A stretch of DNA of 50,708 nucleotides, the filler included, from Porpidia crustulata (lineage: Eukaryota), in NCBI GenBank assembly GCA_964255105.1. It is 3 parts of 3 records of this genome, joined end to end, with 100 filler letters (N's around TTAATTAATTAA, not from the genome) between each part and the next. Parts side by side here need not be neighbours in the genome. Positions count along the whole stretch, not along the records: positions 33,905 to 50,708 come from CAXUWE010000243.1; 2 more parts are not named here. One strand, given 5' to 3'. Each line of letters begins with the position of its first letter. Within the stretch, counting starts at the first letter, position 1. The notes below the pieces were generated by a model. That model saw only the letters and a list, made by a program, of their open reading frames with translations, did no database searches and was not told the DNA's origin. This document shows, piece after piece, positions 39,818 through 50,708 of the stretch. Both the position numbers and the translations under genes were made by a program.

Positions 39818-41944
39818 TCAACCTCCGTTGATCAGGACTTGAACGCTCTTTTCCCTTCTGGGCCAGGGCACGAAAAAGTCCTTTGCAATTTCAACATTAT
39901 CCGTTGTTGTTTGGAAAAGCGTCATACGATGTCCAAATCGACGAATAACTGCTGCTATTGCAATGTGTAATTCTGCGTAGGCTAAACTAGAGTACCGTAG
40001 CATCTTGTCAGCAAGGTGTCGAGAAGCCAAAATGGAGGGTATTATTTCCTCCACATATCATGACGATGCAGGATAATGAAGACGGAGTTCTCAGAAACGG
40101 AGAAAATTCTTACTTGATGCCGAGACACTGCCGGCTCCCTTTCGAAAACGACATTAGGTAGCGGTCAAGGTGGCGGTTTTCAATCCAGCGTTCAGGGATG
40201 AATGTTAGGGGATCTGGGAAGATATTCGGGTTCAGATGGACAAGCGCACAAGTCATACCGACTGGTGTTCCAGCCGGAATCTTCCACATCACACCATCGT
40301 TGTTCTTGGAGTTCGATTTGAAGTACATAGGTTCTTGAGGCGAAATGCGTTGAAGACGTTGGCAAACACCATAGCCAAGGCGGAGACCTTCCGACACCAC
40401 AGCACTGTAAGATACGATTAGCTGATTCTTTCCACAGTGTCTCTCGTGGTTGAGCAGGCAGTGACTTATCAGGTACGGTAGCCGCTCAAGTTTGGAACAG
40501 CTGGGAAGATCATCGGGGTCTGGGATAGCGGTCGTCATCTCGTCGTACAATAAAGATAGGATTCGAGGACTAGAGAGAACGTAGTACACAATCACGGATT
40601 GTACTAATGCGCTTTGTATCAGCATTCTCTAAATCGGGGTAGATGATGTATGTACACACCCCATGCAGTTGTCTCCGTGCCAGCGGATACTACAAGTGCT
40701 CCCTCTTGCGCAAGCCGATCTACCGATTTTTCTGGTTCTGGGAGATCTCCTCGCATCAAGTTTTCGAAGATTGTGACATGCTCATTGTGATGATCTTTCT
40801 GCTCAGCGACTCTCTTTTTGATATCGAGGATCTGATTCTTCATTTCCTATCATAACAATAAGTCAGATCACATATGATGGAGGGTTTGGACAAGAGACCT
40901 GGCGCCACCGTGCAAGATGTTCTATTTCAGTGTTTCCTTGAAACACCGAAAGCCTAAGTTCGTGGCATTAATTTAATTTTTGTTGTAGAAATGGACACAC
41001 TGACCCAGCAAATTTCTCCATGAGAGGAACAACCCATGGCAGATGTTTCACAAAGGCTGCAGCTCGAAATGCGAATGCAAATGCTCGATAAAAAGGTGTT
41101 TGAAAATCAGGCACTTGAAGAAAGTTGTATGACGTTGAGAAGGCATATTCGGCGGCAATATCAGTGCTCAAGCAACTGAAAGCCATGGACAGTGGGACAG
41201 GGCGACTTGAGCTTTCGTATTGCTCAATCTGGCTGCAAAGGAGTTGTACGTTCCTGACAATAAGAGGTTCAAGCCTGGTGATGGAAGCCTTGGAGAAAAA
41301 GCTGCTTAAGGCATTACGGCGCAGTCTGTGCAGATCATGCCCGAGTGTTCCAGATACACTCTGAGCTTGATCAGAACTTGGTGACAGACCATCATATTCA
41401 GAAGCTCCGAATCTCTCACCTCTGGAACCCTGTACTGTAGTCAGATATGTTCTAGCAAGTTGTGGAGATACCAACCCAAATTGCCTGGCTGAAAATTTGT
41501 AGCGATCTCGTTTCGAAGAATGACCGCCATATAACTCCTTGATAAAATCTGGGTCATTTATGTGAAGCTCGTCGGGACTTATGCGGACCAAAGGCCCTTC
41601 AACAATGGTAAGTCCTGCTGAATTGGAAATAGTGCAGTCATCATACGATATGGTAAACGTGTGATTACCGTAGCTCAAAATCTCGTCCATGGAAACATAC
41701 CATATTTTTCATGCATCTTTGCAATTTCAAAGGTGTACTGGCCTCCCCTAAGACCATCATGGTAAAATTCGAATAGTACTGTCGAAGCTGCCAACCTTGG
41801 CCCTGGGAATTTTGCTAGAGGGTGGAAGAACAACCGGTAAACCACTTTGCTGATTATCCATACCAATACTAGAATGGTCACGGCTGGGATCCCCGCAGAC
41901 AAGGAGCACACTTGTGAGATGCTGTGGATGGATGGAAAAGTCAT
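39818..41944 (-). CDS. Cytochrome P450 monooxygenase (resembles the CYP58/trichodiene-oxygenase-like group), multi-exon
   Basis: N-terminal TM followed by [27 protein letters not shown] (I helix), EGLR (ExxR), PERW and [10 protein letters not shown] (heme Cys). Confidence 0.92.
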
Positions 41945-43554
41945 TATGAAATGCAGGAGTTGGACGGGATAGATGGGAAGAAAAGAATAGTATCAACCTG
42001 GTGAAAGAGGTAATGAACTCGCATGTATGATTCCGGAAGAGGAAGAAGGGATACAGTGAAGGAATCTTCAGTCCGTATCCATAATCGCTGTAGCCGACGC
42101 TTCACAGGATGTTTAAATCATCAGGACTTTTGCGCCAACTCATACATCCAAGAGGAAATCAATCCGAGCCGTTGCAAAACCCTTCGCGCGCTCCCCCAAA
42201 GGGATGGAGTGCTCAACTAAAGGAGCACTAGTGCAAGGGCAACTCTCAAACACCACACTCGAGACTGTGAGCATTCACTCTGTGGTTGATCGTCACTGGA
42301 TCTCTTCGAGTTCTAAGTCTGCAAACGACAAGTCTTGAGCTTCTTTCAATAGGGAAGCACGGGAAGCCATTAGGTATTCTAGGTTTAGGAGGTTATTGAT
42401 CCCTCCACTGTAATTGCCTGGCATACAATCGGATGCAATTCGGGCTCCTTGTACGAGTGATCAAGCAGACTGAAGGCAAGTTCAACAAAGCATGTGGGAC
42501 AGCACAACCATAAGAGCCGCGTTGTATTATAATTACATTGTATCTTTGTATCACAATTTTCATCTGGAGTGGAAACCCGGAAGTGGTTGGTCAGGCTTCG
42601 GAGGCTTGTTTCGCACTAGTGTTAGAATACCGTGTATCAGAGCTCGCATGGTACACTAGCGTTGCTGTTGGTGTTTTCTTACTGTGCATTGGCGCTATTC
42701 TAGTTTTCAGCCGATCGAAATAGGTCCCCAGCCACCGTCCGTATATAACCTAGTGTATTAAGTGCTCAGTAAATAATACTCGACCAGGGTGACACGACTC
42801 CTGTACGAGGTACTTCCGTGCCATTGAGCAAGATTGTCTTAATCTTGCGATATTGAACAACATGGACGGTGGTCTAAGGCCTCGTGATGAGAACTCGAAC
42901 ACTCTATTCTCAAACGCGACTATGTGAGACACCCGCCGGGCTTCAGTGCACGTTTTTGCAAGTCGACATTGATACGCCCGCAAGGGAGGTGTCGACAGCT
43001 GAGGACAAGATTGGTCGCTTTACACACTACCTTTCAAGTTGTTGCGGGTGATGAAGGGCCACCGATACCCTTACCCTGGCTACCCAGCCTTCGTCATGTC
43101 CTAGCGGGCTTATGGTTTCTAACGCTGACGACTTGCTGATATCGGGCTCGGCCCTATTTGAGACATACAAAGGATTCGGCGTCAAGCACCAATCATAGCC
43201 TTCTATAACGTCTGGGTTCAGACGACCGCAGCATTCCAGGCACATAACCTTGAATTATTGTGGTGGTATGGTTTGACTTGGATGACTATATTCCGGGCTC
43301 TCCGTGGTGGGGGGTGATCATGAAGAGATGAGACAACCATCAATTATAATCACGCATTAGCATGGCGCACATTGTAAGCTAGGTCTCCATTCTTACCTTA
43401 TCATTTGCGACGTTACTTAATTGCTCCGAAGATCCGATATTCGCTGGTTGTCCTTTATCCGTCGCACTTCTGCTCGAATGCTCAATTGTCTATATCGTTC
43501 TAATCGATACAGTCAATCGTGGATCTCCTCACGCAGACCTACCTATAGCCCATC

Positions 43555-44938
43555 ATGAGTTACGCTGGCAAAGGTGCTCTGGAAGCGGTAGCTGTGGTTT
43601 TTGCAATTTTACCAATGGTTGCCGTTGGTTTACGATTCTATGCCCGCAGTCTCAGCAATGCGAAATTAGGTATTGACGACTGGTTGATGGTCCCAGCTTT
43701 GGTAGGTTAGAGAATCGCAATGGTATAAAACAGTCTAATTGTATCTCAGATACTTTGTGTTGTGCTGGGAATTGTCCAAATATTAGGTATGCAAGATACT
43801 TCGCTCATTACGGTGATTAGCAAGTATTGACATGGTCTCTAGGAGCGCAGATTGGGGAAATAGGAGCGCACCAAAAGAAAGGTCCCCAAGGGCTACTGGT
43901 CATGGATCAAGGGCTCATCCGTTACGAAAAGGTAAGATTCGTGGATCGCGAAGCAAGAAAAGGTCTACATGCTAATATTCTGATTCTGCGTCTCAGTGCA
44001 AATATGCATTGCAGTTGTTGGCTACGATTACATTGGCGTTTACAAAGACCTCCGTCATATTCCTCTACCGTCGGATTTTCACGGTCAAAAGCTTTCGACA
44101 TGTTGCCGACGTCGCCATAGCTATCACTACATCGTGGGGTATCGCTTTTGGCTTGGTGACCGCTTTCCAATGCACTCCCGTTTCCACCATCTGGACCCAA
44201 TTTGAAATGGACTATCCGGCTTACTGCATCAATCAACAAGCTTTCTACATGGCGACTGCGGTCACGGATGTCGTAATCGATCTCTTCATATTCTCATTAC
44301 CTATTCCCATGGTTTTGAGGCTGCATCTACCGAGAAAGCAACGAGCCGCAGTTGCTGGCATGTTTCTCCTCGGTGCAATGTGAGTAACAACGGGGTCACC
44401 ACGAAAGACACTATACTGATCCGGGTCACTTTAGTGTTTGCGCGGCTGGTATTGTTCGTCTTGCCATATTTGCCCAGACGAGGAATTTCACACTCGCGCA
44501 AATTGCGGCATATTTTATGGACATTACATGTATGTACCACCTTTCTTGCCGTCAAAATGACATTTCTAATCATTCTGCTCAGTCTATACAGCTCCAACAT
44601 TTTTCTGGTCGTTAATAGAATGTTCTGTGGCCGTCGTGGGAGCTTGCCTACCTACGCTTCGTCCTTTACTCATGACACAGCGTCATGACTCATCCAAAGT
44701 GATCTCTGATTACAGCCGTGGCAGCAACAGTCGGAAAAGCAAACCCACGCTCACCGACATCACAGCCGATGACAGGTCCTCCACCGCTTCGATCGCGGGG
44801 CTGCAAAAGGGCAAAGCTCACACAGGAGTCACGGAATTCCAGTCACACGTCGAAAGCCTGCCATTACAGGACGTTGCGCCTGCACAGGGCATAAGAGTAC
44901 AGAGAGAATTCTACGGGGGGAACGCAAACCCCGTTTGA
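43555..44938 (+). CDS. Pth11-like / fungal rhodopsin-domain 7TM integral membrane protein without CFEM
   Basis: ATG at 43555. Motifs VGLRFYAR...LGIDDWL, KTSVIFLYRRIF, FQCTPVSTIW, DLFIFSLPIPMV and VVGACLPTLRPL, with several short GT-AG introns. Confidence 0.88.
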
Positions 44939-46258
44939 ACGTCATTAAGTACATGTATCATACGAGCACCACGATCTTCCATGTCCATATGCCATTTTTC
45001 TTGTATACTAGTGTCATTGAGCTTCTCGCTCGGGCTTTCGGTGTTACCTTATTCCGTACCTCATACTATCTGCAAACCGGAGACCAAAGCCCGTCCAGGG
45101 GAGTAAGATGTACCTAGAGGATCCGGCACCGAAAGGCGCCTCGAAGGAGCTATGATCGCTCTGAACAAAATCGGACCTGGCACAGCCGTCGGTCTTGGTG
45201 TATCTCTACACGTTGAGATAGATTAAGGGACGCGAACAATGCTTAAGTTCAACGCGTACTCCGATACTATCCCGGAGGTATGGATCGCGTATGCACACAG
45301 CATGCTTTAGAAGCAAGTTTCGAAGGTATTATTGTCCGTGAGGGGCGTACCGCGGGAGTCACGCTGTTTGAATGTGGAGAACGTGACTAATATTACTGCA
45401 TCAATTTGGCAGCCCGTCAATTTGATTGAATACTATTGGGGTCCGAATTGCGATCTGCAGCTTTATCGGGACATCCATCAATCTATTTCAGATTGTGGTT
45501 GGAGGTTATTGAAGGACTCTGAAATCTGAAGCTCTACTCTTCTTGGAAGTACAAGAAGCCAATGTGTCTACCATAGTACAATCACAGCACCTCCCACGGA
45601 GCTGGGGGAGGTAAGCTAGCGGGCCGTCACCAACCTATGAATCCATCGAGCGTGTGGGAGCTAAGCTCGGGGTGGAGCTCAACACGGTATAGCCGTTACA
45701 CTGTATACACTAGCGACCGTATAGCGCAAAGCGGCAATGGCTAGAATGGTGTAATATAATATTACAAATACTACACAAATGACAAAGGGTGATCAGCTGC
45801 CCGTGTGCCCGTGTCCATCCATCCATGTCGTGCAGTTTGGCGCCAACGTTGAAATACCTTAGGCTTCAAGGTGTATCGTTCCCTAGCGCCGCGTCTCTCG
45901 AAACCGACTGTATTTTACGCCTTTTACAAACGCACGGACGAATCAGTGATCGTGATCTGTCACTCTAATTCACAACTCGGGTTACACAACATCGATGCTC
46001 CAAGTGGGCACAGGCAGGGTGTGGCTTAGAAAGCAGCCGTCGCTGATGTCTCCGGACAATTGCCTCGTGGCCACCAGCAGCGAGATGCGTAAGTGCCGCG
46101 ACCTTCGAGATTCGTTTACAACACGCATATGAGTTTGCTTTGAACGAATGGTCGATCTTTTATACATGCGAAGTAGTTTCCCCATTCTTGTCTACCATCT
46201 TCATGACATTGGAGAAGTTTTCTTGTAACCTTCCGACGTTCCCGCTACGCCTTTCACG

Positions 46259-47863
46259 ATGGCCTTCTATGCATCTTTAAGAGAAAAGGTGTCCGAAGGA
46301 ACAAAGATCCTAACCGACCAACATGATCAAAATTTTCAAATTCCCCTAGAAAGATGGTCCATGATTGACCACCAAGTCCCATCAGCGGTCTTGCAGCCCG
46401 TTAGTGAGGCAGACACCGTTGTAATTGTAAGCTCCCGCTATCAGCTTGCTCACTTTCCACGTTGATTCTACTTCACGCGTCGCTGCTTTTGACCCTCGGA
46501 CTGCAAAACTGGGTAATCTAATATTGCTGTATTTCAGGCGTCCGAGGCTATTAAGGCTTCCATACCGTTTGTCGCCGCAACCGGTGGTCACAGTCAGTGG
46601 TCTACTATAGGCAAAACCGGCTTTATTCTGGACTTCAGTCTCTACAAGGACGTATCAGTGGACTCAGTAACACACGTGGCGACCGTCAAAGGGGGATTGC
46701 TGACCAAGGAATTGCAAGTTGCCCTCTACAAAGCTGGTCGATTCACAAGTATGTTCTAAAGATGTGGGGTCTCTTGAGAGCTGTTGAATTCTAACCCCGT
46801 CATAGCCGTTAGCAACGGGAATACCGTCGGCGTTATCCCATACTTTCTGAATGGAGGAATTAGCTCCTACACGCCCCTGGTAGGTTTTGCCTGCGAGAAC
46901 ATCATATCGGCGCGCATAGTTACGGGCAAGGGACAACTTGCAGTGGTAGACGAGAAAACCAATCCAGGGCTTCTGTGGGCGATTCGAGGTGCAGGTCAAC
47001 AATTCGGCATCGTCACAGAACTATGCATAAAGACATATCCACTCTCTATGATAGGAAATGCTGATGGGTCTCGCTCACTGGGCACTTTCATTTATCCCAC
47101 CCAGCGGGCAGAGGATGTATGTCGTGCAATGAACAAGATCATGACCGACTCAGAGCACGTCACAGCTGGACATTTCATGATCGTAAGCCCGCCCCCAGCT
47201 TTTCAGCAATGCCTACTGGTGGCGCCCCAGTATCTCGGACCTTCGGAAAACGCCGTGGCAGCTTTCAAACCTCTGGCCGACCTCGAGCCGATGATGGCCA
47301 TGACTAATCCTGTAACTTTTGAGCACCACAGTGATCACATAGAACAGATGTGCGCCAAGGGAGATTTCAAGCGTTTCAGCCAAATTGGCATTCAAGAGTT
47401 CAACGCTGACAATTTTATCAAACTCATCGACATTCACCGCCGTCTGCTGGAGAAATTTCCGGATGCCGGACGCTCTGGATTAACAGTCGAGTGGCACTCC
47501 TCGTCAAAGAAACCGGCGGCGGTAGATACAGCGTTTGGAAATCATGACATTGACCTATGGCTGTGAGCTGGACTTTGTCAACTTGTCAAGAAGACAGCTG
47601 ACACTCGTGAACCTCACAGGAATGTTCTATCGTGGTACACCGATCCTGCAGACCATGAAGGCGTGGCTCAGCTTGACCGAGAAGCTCAGGCGGCCGTGCG
47701 GAGCGGAACCGAAGAGAAGGACTATGTTACCTATGCCAACAGTGATCGCCTCGATCCAATTGATTATCGATACAAGGGGAGCGAGAGGCAATCCAAGTTG
47801 AAAAAGCTGAAGCAAGAATGGGACCCGAAAGGAGTCTTCACCGAGGAATTTTTGCATGCGTAG
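46259..47863 (+). CDS. Cytosolic FAD-linked oxidoreductase (FAD_binding_4 + BBE), 4 exons
   Basis: Motifs ATGGHS, TVGVIPYFLNGG, LLWAIRGAGQQFGIVT, YANSD and KLKKLKQEWDPKGVF. No signal peptide. Confidence 0.9.
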
Positions 47864-50501
47864 GGTCTAGCTGGGATTTCATGCATGTTGTGATCAGACA
47901 ATCTAGACACTCATCACTGGGACTTGCTGTTATCGTTCCCATTTGATTCAAAGAGGTGGGTTCAGTCTACGTATAGACTATCATTGACGGATAGCGGAGG
48001 ACTCCAGATGCTTTAGTTCTGATGGTCGCTGCACGATCTCACAGTCATTACGTCCTCGGATACTTGCCCTTTTGCTCTCGTGGTCGTTCCCAAACGCCAA
48101 GGGATTCTCGTTGTTCCGTTTATTATTCATCGATTTGGGTTGATCGCCTATTCTTTACTAAGTCTCCTAATTTTAAAATAATAACACGATCGTCAGTCTT
48201 CTGTCTCACATCTTTGGAAGCTCCGCGGGAGAGCCTGATTACAGATTTGGTCACGCGCGAACCATGATAGCCGTCTATCATTTCCCTCCCTTTTTATCAT
48301 CTCAGAAGATATGCATGGCTGTCTACCAAACTTTGCTTTTGGGCTACTACTGAGTTTTCGTGTCTGACTTACTACAGCATACTCAGGGCTTGGGTGGGAC
48401 TGCTCACTTTTGTGGCTTGACGTGATTTACACGCGCGGTGAGTAAGGCCCAGCACCGCACCGTTTTGAGACATTGATGCTTCTCGCATTTTTGCCTTAGT
48501 CAGTATGAGGTGTTCCGCGCCTATCCACCTAGGCCACATGATATTGTTGCTCTTGGCAGCGACCTTGGACGACTCGACAGCAAATCGGCAGGACTGGGCC
48601 ATTGCATGGACACTGGCGATCTAGACCTTTGTGTCCTGTAATATCCTGACTGTTGCTACACCTGCATGTCAACGAGTTGGCTCGCAGGACGCAAGCCCGC
48701 TGAAGCAGTCGTCGTATTGGCGATACGTATCACAGTCGGCTACATAACCTCGCAGTAAATTCTGACGCAATCAAACTCCTACCTAAAGTTCCCTTACGCG
48801 ACCCGCGGACGTCGTGACATTGATTATCGCGAGGGATGTCTCCGGCGCTTTTTCACGTCCTCGTGTAGGATGCGGCGTGGTGTAGCGTTCCGGTCGCACG
48901 TTCACATTGGCAATCGCCGTGATTGTGGAATACGATGTGGATGGAAGGTCTTCGAAGCGGGGTAGGTAGGCTGTCTGTGGTCTTTCGTGCATACTGTGCC
49001 GCAGGTATCTCGATGGCGGGGGAAAGAGCGATAAGGAAGTTCCGGCAAGCATCTTGTTTGGGCAGCTTCTACGTGATGTTCAAATCCGTGATTTACCCCA
49101 CTTTGCTGGTCAAGAAGCGGTGTGGAAGGTCCATGATGAGATTAAGAGAGGTGAAGAGTCGGCCAGCATTAGTGGAAACAGCGCCAATAACCATCACAGA
49201 TTAGTCCTCATCATGATGTTATTATTAATTGATTATTACCGTACTTTGTTCTTTGTATTCATATTATTAAAGGTAGTGTTAGTCCATCTCATTACGCTTG
49301 TCGCTAACCAAGCTTATGGGTTTCCCTCGTTCCCTATCGAGCTGCCGGCTACGGCGTACTATAATAGCTATACGGGATACCCGCTAACGTGCCGCACACT
49401 AGTGGTATCGGCCATCATACTAGTGGCGTATCAGTCTACCTTAACCCGACTTCCGTTGTCACGCATTTCACTCCAGCATCTTTCAAACAAACACAACAGC
49501 CAAACAAGGTAACATCAGAAGACGAGTGATTCAGGATTTCGAGGACTCTGCTCTGTTCCACCTGCCAAGTACCGGTTTTTGTGAGTCTATGCTGCTGTCG
49601 CCAACTCTTGCTCTCTCGATCGTCTACGAGGGTCTCGAGAGGGCCGAATATGCAAAGCCGAAACTCTCTTCATGCTCGGGCCTTCCATTAGATCTCTAGC
49701 GCCATCAACCTTCTCCTCTTTGGGAATTGCACGCTGACATGCCCAAAATGTACGAAGAGCCCGACTTCTGGACGCACTGTCTAGCTGGAAAGGATCTCGG
49801 CGGTGTTGTGCCGCATCCTTGATGTTGCTGAACGAATCCAGACTTCGCAAACGCCCCGTGCAAGACATCACGGAAAGTGCGCGGGAGTCGCCGGTGAAGG
49901 CGTCGCGGGTGGCCTGAGGTTCATCGGCAATCGCTCACCTTTCACGCAACGGCTTCGAAGCTCAAGTCTTGGCCGAAGATCTCTGTTGGAATTCCGGCAG
50001 TTGTAAACCCACCAGCTCATATCCAAATGTGAGAAAAGGGCCCACGTCCGCGGCACTGGCTCACTGGGCAAAGTCCAAATACCTGGGAAGCACGAGGATG
50101 GCCGCATTGGGGCTTATCTCCATCCGGGTATTTCACCATGTTATCCAGAGTCTTCTAGTGCACTCTGACTCCGCTCATCTGCATACAATCTATTCGATCA
50201 AGGGATGCCTGGCAAGACAGCAATGCTGGTGCTCGGATAAACTGTCTGTTGCTATCCTTTCCTTTTCCAACACTAACCACGTCACACCGCATTTCCCTTA
50301 CCTGATGCTTTGCATGGATTCTCACGGCTTTAGCGGCACGCTGACTGTCGAATCTCTTGCTGCTTTTCGCTCGGTATCTCTATGGACAAGCACGTGAAAT
50401 GCCGACGGAAACTTGGGGCTACCCAGAGCCTTGAACGTAGTTAGCAATCTTTGGATAACTGCCCGAATTACAACGTCACCAGTCAATCATCAATTCCCTC
50501 G

Positions 50502-50708
50502 ATGATGGCGAATACATACCCAGAGAAACATCTGGACAACCAGCCGTTACTCGAATCCGAAAGCCAAGACAGGACCCGAGACACCAGCATTGACTCTTCG
50601 GATATCATCCCCAACCCAAGAAAGAACGGAATACACCATCGCCCTTGGCTCACCTACCTTCTCGCAACCGCCTACATCCCCCTCCTTACCCTCTACATCC
50701 TCCTCTTC
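50502..50708 (+). CDS. N-terminus of a probable type II membrane protein, truncated by the window end
   Basis: Frame is open from ATG 50502 to the end: MMANTYPEKHLDNQPLLESESQD...HRPWLTYLLATAYIPLLTLYILLF (hydrophilic tail then a hydrophobic helix). It is absent from the ORF track, probably because it has no stop within the window. Confidence 0.5.
   Translation, partial: MMANTYPEKHLDNQPLLESESQDRTRDTSIDSSDIIPNPRKNGIHHRPWLTYLLATAYIPLLTLYILLF

Noticed and set aside
42300..43350. Possible decayed methyltransferase fragment (ALKPGG-like on the minus strand)
   Set aside because: A single short motif among many stops is insufficient support.
48300..50400. Stop-riddled fragments resembling decayed genes
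   Set aside because: No family could be recognised and no frame could be reconstructed with confidence.

Overview
Filamentous-ascomycete genomic DNA, rich in spliceosomal introns. It is not one locus: three contigs (1-16893, 16994-33804, 33905-50708; 16893, 16811 and 16804 bp, i.e. length-sorted) are joined by 100-nt N44-TTAATTAATTAA-N44 spacers. Contig 1 has an apparently intact flavin-dependent halogenase, then a non-reducing PKS (SAT-KS-AT-PT-ACP-ACP-TE) with three frameshifts, a nonsense codon and no in-frame ATG, then a mitochondrial-type SHMT and a truncated hypothetical gene. Contig 2 has small orphan or decayed genes and an alpha/beta-hydrolase-NACHT-WD40 NLR. It also has the most unusual feature: a spliced ~873-aa fructosamine-3-kinase/ethanolamine-kinase double-kinase fusion, directly followed by an intronless, bacterial-looking TagD-type cytidylyltransferase fused to a Gfo/Idh/MocA oxidoreductase. 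This pair is a candidate four-domain CDP-activation module. Contig 3 holds secondary-metabolite tailoring genes with no backbone enzyme: two FAD-linked oxidoreductases, an O-methyltransferase, a P450 (with a probable AT-AC intron and a 10-nt micro-exon) and a Pth11-like membrane protein. All calls come from motif recognition and manual splicing; no database search was run.
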